Source: Camelus ferus (lineage: Eukaryota). Taken from it: 64,000 nucleotides of DNA. The notes under the pieces are model-generated. The model searched no databases and was not told the origin of the DNA. It saw only the letters and a list, made by a program, of their open reading frames with translations. Shown here in pieces: positions 38,771 to 50,480 of this stretch; positions within the stretch are counted from its first letter, which is position 1; each line of letters starts with the position of its first letter. The DNA is taken from positions 109,370,001 through 109,434,000 of the forward strand of contig NC_045697.1 in assembly GCF_009834535.1 (NCBI RefSeq), written 5' to 3'. The position numbers and the translations under genes were made by a program.

Positions 38771-40468
38771 AAAACAATTTTTAATTTATTTTTTGGTGTT
38801 CCATTTTAAGGCTGAACAGACCTATATTTTTTAAGAGGGAGATGTGATGCAAAGGGTCTTCTTTTTTTAAAAAAAAAAAAAACCAAAGTATATCTTTCCA
38901 TATCACTTTTTAAAAACAACTATGGCAGCGAATACATCTTCTAGCATTTATTTGGTTGCCAAAGAGGCTGGGGCTGGACTTCAAGGGCCTCGTTCAAGGG
39001 CCTCTTAGTTTCTGAGATGGGTTCTTTCTGATCTCACAGACAAGAGACCGAATCCAGACCCTTGTCTCTGTTTGTGGGTGAGACTGAGGCCTGAGTGCAC
39101 CCTCAGCTCCCCTGACTTCCTCCTCCCCTCCCTCCCTGACCCCTGACTCCCACGGTGGTTTTCTGGGTAGAACGTATGGGGAGTGGAATTCCTGACACAG
39201 GAATATCTTTCCTGCATCCAAATTTTGGACACTTTGAGTGTTGAGCTGGGTTCTGGCTTTTAGGTAAAACGAATTAAAGAAATTCCTAACCTTTCTCCTC
39301 TCAGCTCTCACCTTAATTTCAAAAGTCTGCCTTTTACTGAATTTTTACTGAAATAAGACTCTCTTTATCAGCTCTAAAATGGCTTTGGGGGCAGCTTTTG
39401 ACCTTATCGCCCCACCCAAAATGAAAAAATCCTTTTCCTTGAACTCACTGCAGGGCGTCCGCTGTCAGGCAGATGGGAATGCCACCTTATATTCTGAAAG
39501 GACCAGCTGGCCCTGACGGTGCGCCCCCAAACTCAGTGGGCTCTCAAGTCTCTGGTGTTGAACGCAGCACATCGGCAGCACCAGGACTTGGCAGGAACCC
39601 ACCGGCCCGTCCAGTCACGCCCAGGACAGGAGCCAAAGGGGATGAGCATTTACAAGAGCAGCGCACAGACCTGACCTGCGTGGAGATAATGCAAAGCGCC
39701 GACATAAGGGAAGTGGGAGACATTAGAATTTTTCTACCTTTGAAAGATTTTTAGATATACGCATATATACCTGAAAATCTATTCAGATAGACTTTTAAAG
39801 CCTTGGATAAAATTTTCTTTTGAGGGAGTACGTTCATGTCTCTTACAAGTCATCCTGAGCTGTTTTCACCTAAAGTTATTTTCTGGAAGATTAAAACGAG
39901 TGAAGCCCTCTCCTTTCAAGCCAGACAAGAAAGTCAGTTGTCGCCCCCGTCAAGTGAGCTGAGGAGAGGAAACTGTAGCCCCTGCAGTTCAGTGTCAAGT
40001 TAGACCACTGACTGTTCCACTGAATAAAGGGGAAGGAAGGCCTAAGGTCAGGAGTGGAGGTAACCTCTTCCTGGAAGGGGAAAATTCGGGAATGAAGAAG
40101 GCCCGGGAATTCATATCTCTAGACTCAGCTCTCAGGGACATTTCTGCCTGATGTAAAAAATCCTGCCCCACCCACCCATGCTCATGGGTGTACTGGTCCC
40201 CGGCCTTGACTCAGACTCTGCCCAGAGATGGTCAGGGATGTGTCACCAACTACATCCAACCACTCTGCGCCCGTATTCAAGTCAGAAGGCTACATTCTAA
40301 CAGTCTCCATTGCTCCCTTGAAGTGCTTTTGCAGGAAAACTGAGGCTAGTAAAAGCAACTGAGAAAAATAGATGACTTGGTATATTTTGGGCACTGTGAA
40401 ATAATATTCCTAAAAGTGACATTATTTGGGAATTGGAAGCATATTAGCTCTCATTTTCTTTCATGGAT

Positions 40469-40470
<2 letters not shown>

Positions 40471-40532
<62 letters not shown>
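40471..40532. repeat. (TG)31 microsatellite
   Basis: Uninterrupted TG run of 62 nt. Confidence 0.97.
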
Positions 40533-40534
<2 letters not shown>

Positions 40535-40756
40535 TTGAATATACATAACATAAAATTGACCATTTTGACCATTTTTCAATGTACAGTTCAGTGGCATTAA
40601 GTACATTTTATGCATATTGTAAAAATCCTTTACTGCTCTGACTGCAGAGGCTTCTTCCTAATTTTGTAGAAGCCACGCTCCACAGGAGTACTGACCAACC
40701 CTTCATTTCTCAGCCTCACTTTTAGAAAGTTATGAGACTTCCATCACTTCTTTTTA

Positions 40757-40903
40757 TCTTTTATTTTATTTAAAAAAAATTTTTTTTTAAATTGAAGTAG
40801 AGTCAGTTACAATGTATCAATTTCTGGTGTGCAGCCCAGTGTCTCAGTCACGCACATACATACACATATTTGTTTTCATATTCTTTTTCATTAAAGGTTA
40901 TTA
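40757..40903 (-). mobile_element. Young L1 3' end
   Basis: aattgaagtagagtcagttacaatg..; TSD catcacttcttttta/catcacatcttttta. Confidence 0.85.
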
Positions 40904-42005
40904 CATCACATCTTTTTAAAAATAGAGATTCTAAGATGGAGAGGCTGGAAGATTATGTCTTTTTCCCAGTGGTCCCTTGCCCCTATGTGACCTTTTATCT
41001 ACTAAAGATCGCTATTAGATTGATCCTAAACTTGCTTTCCCCCAAGCTAGGTGATTTCTGTTTCTTTGTCTATTAATAAACACCTTCGCCCACACGTCAG
41101 TCACGGTGGTTCTCACCGGGGTTATTCTCTGAACCCTGCCTAAGTTATTTATACTACTAAAGTTTTGCAGTCTGGCAGTAGTGTCTCTCAACTCCACTGA
41201 AAAGAAACAGAACAGAAAGTCAAGAAGAGTTTACCAGGACAGATTCCTGGACTGGCACCACGAATGTGAGAAGCAATGACGGTTCCAGTGGGGCTGTCAC
41301 GTCTTGTCCTTTCTCTCCCTGTGTCTTGCTCCCTCTCAGACCACCCCCTCCTTTCCTCTGCCCCCTCAGCTCTGGTCTTATCTCAAAATTCCAGTCCAGA
41401 CTACGAAAAACGCTTCTTTCCTTAGTTCCTTACAGAGGAGACAAGAGGGCAGTGTGGTCCGGGAAGGAAAATGTTAAACTATGCTTTTCCAGGGCAGACT
41501 GGACTTCAGATGTGCTGAGCCGTTATATATCCTATGTCAGGTGTTTGACTGACTTTTTTGTTCAGAAAATATTGGGAACATATTAATTTGTTATTATTTG
41601 AACACTTAATCAAGGCTTAATGGAGAAAAAGCAGCCAAAGAAGAACAAGGTTGATCAGAAGAGCATCTTGGTGTGATGTGAAGGTGCTAACTGGCGCTCC
41701 TGCCCCCTCCCAGCCAGGTCCTGTAAACACGGATCTTTGGTGAAGGTTTGTTGACAGAATAAATGAAAATGGGACTGTGACATTCTAGCCTCTGGTAAGC
41801 AGAATAAGCCCAAAGTGGGAGAAGCAGCAAGTATGGCAAGATAGAGTGAAAGGTGCTTTTGACCTCAGGTGAGGACGTGATTCAAGTGGGAGAGATAAAG
41901 TCCTGAATGAGTATGAAATTTAACCATATCATCCTGGCTGTGACAACCCCAAATGATTTACAGATGGCTCTGCAAAGAAGATATAGCATCAGAATCCTAA
42001 ACCAA

Positions 42006-42143
42006 GGGGGGAGGGTATAGCTCAAGTGGCAGAGTGCATGCTTGGCATGCATAAGGTCCTGGGTTCAATCCCCAGTGCCTCCTCTAAGAATAAATAAATA
42101 AACCTAATTATCTCCCTTCCCCTAAATAAATTTTTTTAAAAAA
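42006..42143 (+). mobile_element. vic-1-like SINE (long-tail type)
   Basis: TSD agaatcctaaaccaa/agaattctaaaccaa. Confidence 0.9.
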
Positions 42144-42579
42144 AGAATTCTAAACCAAAGTTAATTAATTATTCTTTTGAAAAAGAAAGGATTAATTCGT
42201 TAATTCTCTTTTGCTTGCTCCCACCTGCATTTTTCTTTCTTTTTTTTTTTTTTTTTACCACCTGCATTTTTCTTGCCTGTCACTCCTCATGGGCACGAAC
42301 CTAATTGTTCTGCGCGCCCTGGTCCTACACAGCAATACAGCCACACCCAGAACGCGTCTGTCTTCCTTCCAACTCCACTTGGTTCTGAAATTATCCCCGT
42401 GAAATGGGGCTAATTCGGAGTCTATTGGTATTGTAGCTTTGATCATATTTACTTTGTAAATTTCTTTTGATTTTATAATAAATGCATAAGGGTTATATAC
42501 CCAGTTTTATGTATGTACATTTCAAGATAGCATTCAAATAAAAATTGCTGTTAAGTAAAAAAAAAAAAATGCCCTTCAA

Positions 42580-42662
42580 TCTTGGGTATATTCAAGTGGT
42601 AGAACACATGCACGAGGCCTTGGGTTCAATCCCCAGTGCCTCCATTAAAAATATATGTATGT
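42580..42662 (+). mobile_element. vic-1-like SINE, internally deleted
   Basis: TSD atgcccttcaa (42569-42579, 42663-42673); B box ggttcaatcc. Confidence 0.85.
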
Positions 42663-43944
42663 ATGCCCTTCAAGTAAAGGTTCCAATTCCTCAAAATTGG
42701 AAAACCATCAGACTCTCTTGTCATATGTAAATGTCAGTCACAGTCACCAAGTACTTAGCTCAGTCCAAGTTTAAAATGACTTGGTTAAAATATTGTACTC
42801 TAAGTCAGAAGGACTGACAGGCACACCTGTGTCTCAGAAGAGAGTCTCCTTGAGCTCGGTGAACAAAACCGACGGGACAAAGAGGGATCCTTCTGTGCCA
42901 GTTCTGGGCAACGTCTTTCTCTCCCCACCATCAGGAAGGGGGCAGCAGCTTGGTGTCCCCATTCCAGCCCTGCTCTCAGCCATAGGCAGCCGCTGGAGGT
43001 TCTGTAAGGGAAAGGCACAGTGGAAATGTTTTAGAGGATTGAAAAAAAAAAAAGGGTTTAGAGTCTATTAGAGAAATGAAGCTCATTCTAGATTTGCACG
43101 AAGGCTCTAAGAGGCGGCATCATTGCTGCTGACCCTGGCGCTCGCTGCCATTTGGGTTGGGTCCGGTGGAGGACACAGGTAAGTGCTGACTTGGTTTTCC
43201 TGAGGACACGGCCACCTGGTTCTGACACGTGTGCATCAAATGTCCCAGGTGCCAGGGATGCAAAGACCACTAAGATCACAAAAGTGTGACCAAATCTCCT
43301 GAAGGGCAGCTCAGACGAGAGGGTGAGCAGCTCTGCCTGGGGGAGTCTAGACAAAAGAGGGGCACCAGCTCTCCCTGAAAACTAGGAGAAGGCACCACCA
43401 GGTGGGCAGGACTGGGCCTGACAGCACTGACTGCCTTGTGTGGTCATAAAACCCAGTTTCTCAACCGGACTCTCCCACTCTGCTGCTCCTGAGCAAGGCG
43501 GGTTGGTGGAGGGGGCGGCGACATCTTTTAGAGTGGCTTCATGCACTACTTGGCATAGGGTGATTGTTGCTATAATCATAGCAAAAGCGTGGAATTGGGA
43601 AATTCAGTGAGACTTTTAGGAAATGCAATTAGTTCATTCCTGGAACTTGGGGTGACTAGGGGAGGGGTGGGAGTTAAGAAATTCTTAAGTGTGGCCAGGA
43701 GTCAGACAGGAGGGCCTCGCAGGCTCTGCTAAGAATTTAGACTTTATTCCGTAGGTAATAGGAACCCATTCAAAGTTTTCAAGCAGGGAAATAATTAAAT
43801 CTGTGTTTTAGAGGGATCACTGGCAGCAACCTCAAGATGGGCTGGAGTCAGGGGAGGGTCGAGGTCACACCCATCTGTCCTTTCGTGAGTGGGGACAAAC
43901 ATTTATGAGAAAATTCAGAGTGGAACTCCTAGTATCAAGGGAAT

Positions 43945-44352
43945 AGAAAACAGAAACAGACTCACAGACATAGAAAACAAACTTCTGGTTACCAAAGTGG
44001 GAGGGGAAGGGATAAATTCGGAGTTTGGGATTAGCAGATACAAACTACTTTACATAAAATAGATTTAAAAAAATAAGGACTGGGGGAGGGGATAGCTCAA
44101 TGGTAGAGTGCCTGCCTAGCATGCAAAAGGTCCTGGGTTCAATCCCCAGTACCTCCAGTTAAAAAATAAGTCAATAAAAAATAAGGACCTACTGTACAGC
44201 ACAGGGAACCATATTCAATAGCTTGTAATAACCTATAATAAAAAAGAATCTGAAAAAGTATATACATATAAATGTATAACTGAATCACTAAGCTATACAC
44301 GAGAAACTAACACAATGTTGTAAATCAACTATCTTTAATTTGAAAAAAAAAG
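43945..44352 (+). mobile_element. L1 3' end (artiodactyl/camelid type) with nested SINE
   Basis: acagaaacagactcacagacatagaaaacaaact..cagcacagggaac.atattcaata..tgtaaatcaacta. Confidence 0.88.
44082..44175 (+). mobile_element. vic-1-like SINE nested in L1
   Basis: TSD aaaaaataaggac (44068-44080, 44176-44188). Confidence 0.9.
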
Positions 44353-45459
44353 GGGGGGAAACTAGAGTAGAAGGTTTCTAGTTAATTTGACATTGAGCAA
44401 GAAATCAAGAGAAGTCATAGAAGAGAAGCAGGTAGGGGAAGAGAGACTCATTCAATTTTGAATTCTTTGAGTCTGAGGAGTCTACACATTTCCCAGGGAG
44501 AGTCATGGGTGAGCGGTTAGCAAGACGTCGCCCAGAAGAGAAATCGGGCCGGAGTCACGGTTCTGGGTGTGGGAGTTGGAACCGTTCCACTGGATGAAAA
44601 GCCCGGAACCTTCACCCAGAGAAAGGAGAGAAACAGTGAGCCCGGGAAACAGAGATTTCTTTCCCCATTTTAAAGTTCACTGCCTTTCTCCCTGTTATAA
44701 AAATACCTGAAACCAACAGCAGGACAAGTTAAGTGGAAATGACACCCATATTTTTCCCCAGAAGTCCTTTAACGTCTGGCCCTGGGACAGGTGGGCTGGC
44801 ACTTTCGAGGTCAGAGGTGCTTCCCTGGGAGTTGAGCGCTGTTGGGGGATTGGGTGACAGGAGCCTTTCCCTGAAGTCAGCTCCTCACCAGCCTCCAAAT
44901 GCCTGCACTCGCGACCCCAGCGCATCAGGACCCGCGGCTTCCAAAGCCTTTGTGTTGTCCACTGTCCGGAAACATCCAAAGATGTCAGGATGGCGAGCAG
45001 TCGCACCCACCAATTCTGGTGGTGACCAAACAAACCTCCCCACCCCCGCAGGATGAACAATTTTTTTTATTATATCAATATTCTGTTTTATTTCCATTAT
45101 ATTTTTCATAAACCAAGGGAATCAAGATGTTTCTTTAAAAAGTTAGATGTTCTCTCTTATTAACTCTGTATCATGATATTTACAGTTGAATAAAAACTGT
45201 TTTAACTGAAGAGCAAAATGGTTAACAAAGGCCAATGATGCAGTCCACTTAGAGTTTACAAAGAAATGTATCGCAGATAGACATTTAATAAATAAAACAA
45301 GCACTTGGAAAAAGTCCTTTGAAAGCAGGTCTAGGGACATCACCTGCCTCCTTGGCACCACCCCAGCCTGGAACATGACAGTGTTAAAGTCTGTATGTAG
45401 CAACTCAGATTGGGGCTGAGCGGATTCTTGGTGTGGAAGATGAGAGAAAGAGTTCGAAG

Positions 45460-45835
45460 CTGACGAATGGACAGAGGTCAGATTGGTGGTTGCCAGAGGT
45501 AGAGGGGAGTGGTGTCAGTGGGTGAAATGAGTGAAGGGGTTCAAATCTACAAACTTCCAGTTATAAGACATACACGTCCTGAGGATGTAATGTGATGTAC
45601 AGCACGGTGACTATAGTTAACAATACTGTATTAAACGTTTGAAAATTGCAACGAGAATGGCTCTTAGAGGTTCTCATCACAAGAAAAAAAGTTGTAACTA
45701 TGTGACTTGATGGATATTAACTAACCTTATTGTGGTGATAATTTCCACTGTATACCTATACAAAATCATTAGGCAGTGTATCTAAAAGGAATACATTACA
45801 TGTGAATTATATCTCAATCAAACTGGAAAAAAAGA
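45460..45835 (+). mobile_element. L1MA/MB-like 3' end
   Basis: ttggtggttgccagagg..acaaacttccagttataag..gtgactatagttaacaatactgtatt..aattatatctcaat. Confidence 0.8.
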
Positions 45836-46115
45836 AGTTGAAGACAGTAACAACTTAAGCAAAAATAGCTATTGAAGGATCACACTTAACAGTAGTTCCA
45901 TGAATAATAGTATTTCATTCAAATAAATCATGGCAGATAGCACACTGAAGACAACCATAGTAGAGCTCTGCTGGGGATGTGGTCAGGGTGGGCTTCCTGG
46001 AGGATGTGGAGCTTGAACTAACCCTTTAGTGATAAAGAGAGTGGCAGAGAAGGAAGAGGGAAATACGAGTTATTACAGGCAGGGAGAATAGTTTGGGCAA
46101 AAGAACAAGCTTGTG

Positions 46116-46212
46116 GAGGATGGATATAGCTCAGTGGTGGAGCATGCACCCAGGACCTCCATGAAAAATAAATAAATAAATATTATAAATAAGTAAATAA
46201 ATAACTTTTTTA
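46116..46212 (+). mobile_element. vic-1-like SINE lacking the B-box segment
   Basis: tatagctcagtggtggagcatgca[del]cccaggacctccat; TSD aaagaacaagcttgtg/aaagaacaaccttatg. Confidence 0.8.
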
Positions 46213-46344
46213 AAGAACAACCTTATGTAGAAACTGGAGTGATCATCGAAATTATGCAGTTAATGCAGATCATTTAAAAAAAAAAAAACACAAGGAAAAA
46301 TAGAGATTTGTGGCGGAGTGGGATGTTTCATTTTATCACCAGCT

Positions 46345-47400
46345 CAGGTGATGGTAACTCCACTCTTCAGGTTGCTTGGAGTCATTCTTGGCTCCTTTTT
46401 TTTCATTTTCATCTTTATTTATTTATTTATTTTAATTGAAGTATAGTCAGTTACAATGTGTCGATTTCTGGTGTACAGCACAATGTTCCAGTCATGCATA
46501 TACATACATATATTTGTTTTCATATTCTTTTTCATTTAAGGTTGTTACAAGATATTAAACATAATTCCTTGTTTGACTCTTTTTTTAATCACAGAAAATA
46601 TTTATTTTGGAGGATTGCAATTCTATGCATTTTGATAGATAGATAGATAGATAGATAGATAGACAGACTGACCAGACAGCTAGCTAGATAAAGATTTCAT
46701 GTAACCACAACCACTTTAAGGATACAGAACAGCTTCATCATCCCCCAAAAAACCTCCCTTCCTGGTCACAAAGTCCCTATCAACCACACCCCTACCCCTA
46801 ACCCTTTGCAACCAGTCGTCTCTTATCTATCACTATAATTGTTTCTTTTTGAGAAAGATTTGACTCTTTTTTTTTTTAAATTCACATCCCACATCCAATC
46901 TATGTCAGGAAATCCTGTTGACTCTACTTTTAAAACAGATTTGAAATCTGACTACCTCCACGCCCTCTCCTGCTAACACCGTCTCCACGTCGCTGTAATC
47001 TCTAGACTAGATTTTCACATTAGCCCCCACACTGGTTTGTTTCATCCTTGCCTTCGGACAGTCTACTCTCAGGACCAGAGAGGGAGCCCTTGAGATGTAT
47101 GTCAGATGAGATCTCTCTGTTTAAAACCCTTCCTGATGCCCCATGTTTTGCAAAGCAAAAGTACATTTCAAAGCTTTGACAGTGGCCCCTGAGACACCAC
47201 TCATTCTGCCCTCTGATCTCATCTTCCAAACGCTCCCTCTCTCCCGACTCTGGCCACCTTGGCCTCCTGCAGGGACACTTCTGCCACAGGGCCTGGGCTG
47301 TCCTCTGCCCGGAGCGCTCATTCCCCGGGTAGCTGCAAAGTTAAGTCCTGCTCAACTGTCATCTTTATGAAGCCTACCCCCTCCTTCCCCTTGAAAACTG
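46345..47400 (+). mobile_element. L2 fragment interrupted by two L1 fragments (46415-46571 young, 46586-46858 older) and a (GATA)n repeat
   Basis: cttggagtcattcttg..cacatccaatc..aatcctgttg.ctctac..tttaaaacccttc; repeated tttgactctttttt flanks the older L1 piece. Confidence 0.65.
46634..46661. repeat. (GATA)7 microsatellite grading into GACA
   Basis: Direct reading. Confidence 0.92.
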
Positions 47401-47464
47401 TATCTCTTCCTGTCTGCCACCTCCTCAAGGTCGTACAGAATAAATGTCTCCAGCCCCCTTAAAA

Positions 47465-47515
47465 AATGTTTTTTAATTGAAGTGTAGTTGATTTACAATG
47501 TTAGTTTCAAGTGTA
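47465..47515 (-). mobile_element. Very short L1 3' end
   Basis: ttttaattgaagtgtagttgatttacaatgttagtttcaagtgta; degenerate TSD tctccagccc/tctcctgccc. Confidence 0.7.
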
Positions 47516-49563
47516 TCTCCTGCCCTTTTCCAGGTGGTTCTTATATTCTCATCTCACAACCAACTAGAGCAGACCTCCTTCCTTCCAGAGCGTTCCAAGA
47601 TTCTCAGTGGGGACCCAGGTCAATGGATCCAAAGAGCTTATAGTCAGCGGCTTTTGCAGCAAAATGCTAACCATGATATCTGCTGTAACAGAATACACAG
47701 AAATAAAGATAGGAGAACATTTCTCAAGAGGGACTTTTAACATATAGACTTATGTCTTGATACTTAAGAAGCCACTTTTGCTGCTATAGCATTTAAATCA
47801 GTTTTCTAGATGTTGTTTGTCGTTTGGCTTTTCAGGAAATGAAAACATCTATTATAGTTGGACCGACTTGAATTATTCTTTCCTACTACAGCCTTATGTA
47901 TTGCCTTTCCCAAACAGACATAACCACACCTTTTTAAAATGGTGTAATAAGGTTAGAGTTCCTTTATTTTGAGAATATAGCCTCCTTCTTCAACTTTATT
48001 GTTTTCATATCTTAAAGGTTTTAGGTTAGCAAGATCAAACCAACCAACCTGGAAATGGACAAGAAAATCTTGACTCTCAGAGCAGAAAGGACCCCTAGGG
48101 AGGAGCAGCACTGGGTCTGAGCCCGAGGGGAGAGCTTCAGGATGCAACCACAGCCCAACTCCTCCCTCTTGCAGTTAAAGAACCGGAGGCCCTGACAGCA
48201 CAAGTGGAAGTCACTCAGCTGGTTGACCTGAGCTGGTCCCCAGACCCAGGCCTCCTGCAGGCTAGTGGAGCAATGTCTTCTTTATGCCAGACGAACCTGA
48301 AAATAAACTGTGGTGATTATTCAGTTAGCCACATTTTATTTATTAGCACTGACTGATTCACTTGGGGAAAACCAGGCCATGCCACCATTACACCACCATT
48401 CTTCCATGTATGATGAGATTTAATGTGAAAAATACGCGGAACCCTCTTCTATAAAGTTTGAGGAGCCTGTCTGGCAGTTTGCCCTCTGGCATTAATCCAC
48501 TTGTCAGAAAGTATTTAGTCCCTGCTCCTATGTGTGCGTATGCGGCTCTTTCTTAGGATCTAATGAGAAAGAGTTGGATCAAAGAAGAGTGGGAGGGGCT
48601 AATGTTCCAGAGTGATGAAGCAACGGAGACCTTGTCTCGTGAAATTGTTGGGTGGAACCGTATTGCCGTGGTAACCGAGCTGGGGCCCCAGGCTTCCGAG
48701 GAGATTCAACCAACCTCCCTGCTTATCCTCAAGATGTTCCCAATGCCAGTCAAGGGACACTTACTGTCTCTTTTCCCAGCTCCCACTCGTCAGTCCTCAA
48801 AAGTCACAAAAATAAAGAGAAGTTTTAGTGATAGTTGTTCGCTAATCTATACAATTATTCCGAATAAGGAGTAAATTGACAGCAGCTCAGGTTATCCACA
48901 TGGAAACGCATGGGACTGAAAATAGATGTTTCTTCTGTACATTGCCATCCGCGCCAGGAGTTCATTTCCAAAGTAATTGCAGAGATTCTGCAACTGTTTA
49001 TATACCACTTGAAATCCTAGACCTCTCCTCCCAGGAGACCATCACAGTCAGACTGTTTACGTCTCTCATCAGTTGAAAGAGAGGCACTTTATTATCTTAA
49101 ATGTGCGCTCCCCTCCGTCTTGCCCTATTTCCTGTTAAGCACCTTTCGCCAAGAGATTGGAAGTGACATTAACAATTGAAGGGACTGGGGATCTTCAAAA
49201 TAAAGTCTATTGTCACTAAGGTGTAGAGATTCTGTGGGCTGTTCTATGTTTTCAGAAAAAACCCCCCAACATATTCTAGGAATCAACTGTGTGTAGCAAA
49301 CTTATTCATGCTTATACCAAATTAAAGGTGGAAGCACAGCTTACTTACTTTACAATTCACTGTCCCAAGGCCTCAGGTATTTGGAATGCAGACTGTGCCC
49401 TGTTGGCAGGGATTTGGAATCAATTTACAGTGTGATATGATAACACATGTTCTGGATCAGTGGCAGGGGAATGTTTGGAGCTGTAATTCTGTCCGTCTCC
49501 CCATTAGCAGGAAGGCTTGCTAAACTCACAGCTGGAGAATTGCCTGAAAAGAACTAGGCTCTT

Positions 49564-49607
49564 TGTGCGTGTGCGTATGCGTGTGCATGTGCGTGTGTGT
49601 GTGTGTG
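49564..49607. repeat. Imperfect (GT/GC) alternating purine-pyrimidine tract
   Basis: tgtgcgtgtgcgtatgcgtgtgcatgtgcgtgtgtgtgtgtgtg. Confidence 0.85.
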
Positions 49608-49724
49608 TTTATAAAGGCAACACAAAATCCAGCGCCAGGGATAAATGCTAAATTACAGCCATCAAAAATGAAATGGCACTTTCATCACAAGGATAAACTG
49701 GTATCAAGTCAAGATGACTACCTT

Positions 49725-49905
49725 AATCTTATGGTTACTGGGGGAAAGGGGGTGGGAAGGGAGAAATTTGGGAGTTTGAGACTTGCAAATTTTAGCCACT
49801 ATATATAAAAATAGATTTAAAAAATAAATTTCTTCTGTATGGCCCAGGGGAATATATTCAATATCTTGTAATAGCCTTTAATGAAAAAGAATATGAAAAC
49901 AAAAA
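49725..49905 (+). mobile_element. Young L1 3' UTR piece lacking the terminal ~90 nt
   Basis: aatcttatggttact..gggagtttgaga.ttgcaaat..atattcaatatcttgtaata; TSD atgactacctt/atgattacctt. Confidence 0.82.
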
Positions 49906-50453
49906 GTAATGATTACCTTTCTCAGCTGGAATTGCCACCGTATACCTTCATCCAACTGGGATTAATGATACCAGTGATGTTTAACAACAGTAGAGAAAGA
50001 AAATAGCCCTAGACCCCAGTGGTCACAAGGAGAAAATCAAAAGAAAGTTTTCATTTTTATAAGGCACAGGGGGTGGGTGGGTTGGGGGAAGGTGTTTAGA
50101 TTCAGACATCGAGAGTTGAAACCTGATATCTCTGAGGCATGAGGTAGAAGCTGACTCTTGGCCCTGGTAAGTCAAACATTAAGGGAACGTGTAAGTGCGT
50201 GTTAAGTGCACGCAGTGAGCATAATTCAGCGGGCTTGGTGAAGCCAAATTTTAAGCTCAAGCAAGAAAGATCAAATATTGTTCTTTGCAAAAATGTCAGT
50301 TATTTATTCACTGAGATCAGCAGAAAGGACAATCTGTATAATGTAGCCCTACTTTCGTATTTCTCTTTTGTTAAAGTCTATAGTGTTCCGTAACTTTCTA
50401 TTGCCTTACTTTACCCTGCTTATACAGACGCACCGTGCCTCTCCAGGCTGATC

Positions 50454-50480
50454 TGAATGAATGAATGAATGAATGAATGA
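50454..50480. repeat. (TGAA)6-7 repeat
   Basis: Direct reading; resembles an L2 tail. Confidence 0.85.

Larger units (their letters stand above)
37940..38816 (-). mobile_element. L1MB-like 3' fragment hosting nested younger insertions
   Basis: aaatttaccattttaaccattttta.gtgt..aaccatcaccact.tcca.ttccaga..ccccagcccctggca.ccac..ttttaaggctgaa. Confidence 0.8.

Noticed and set aside
39650..39710. Kinase-like ALHYLH motif in an alternative frame
   Set aside because: No HRD or DFG motifs follow; chance match
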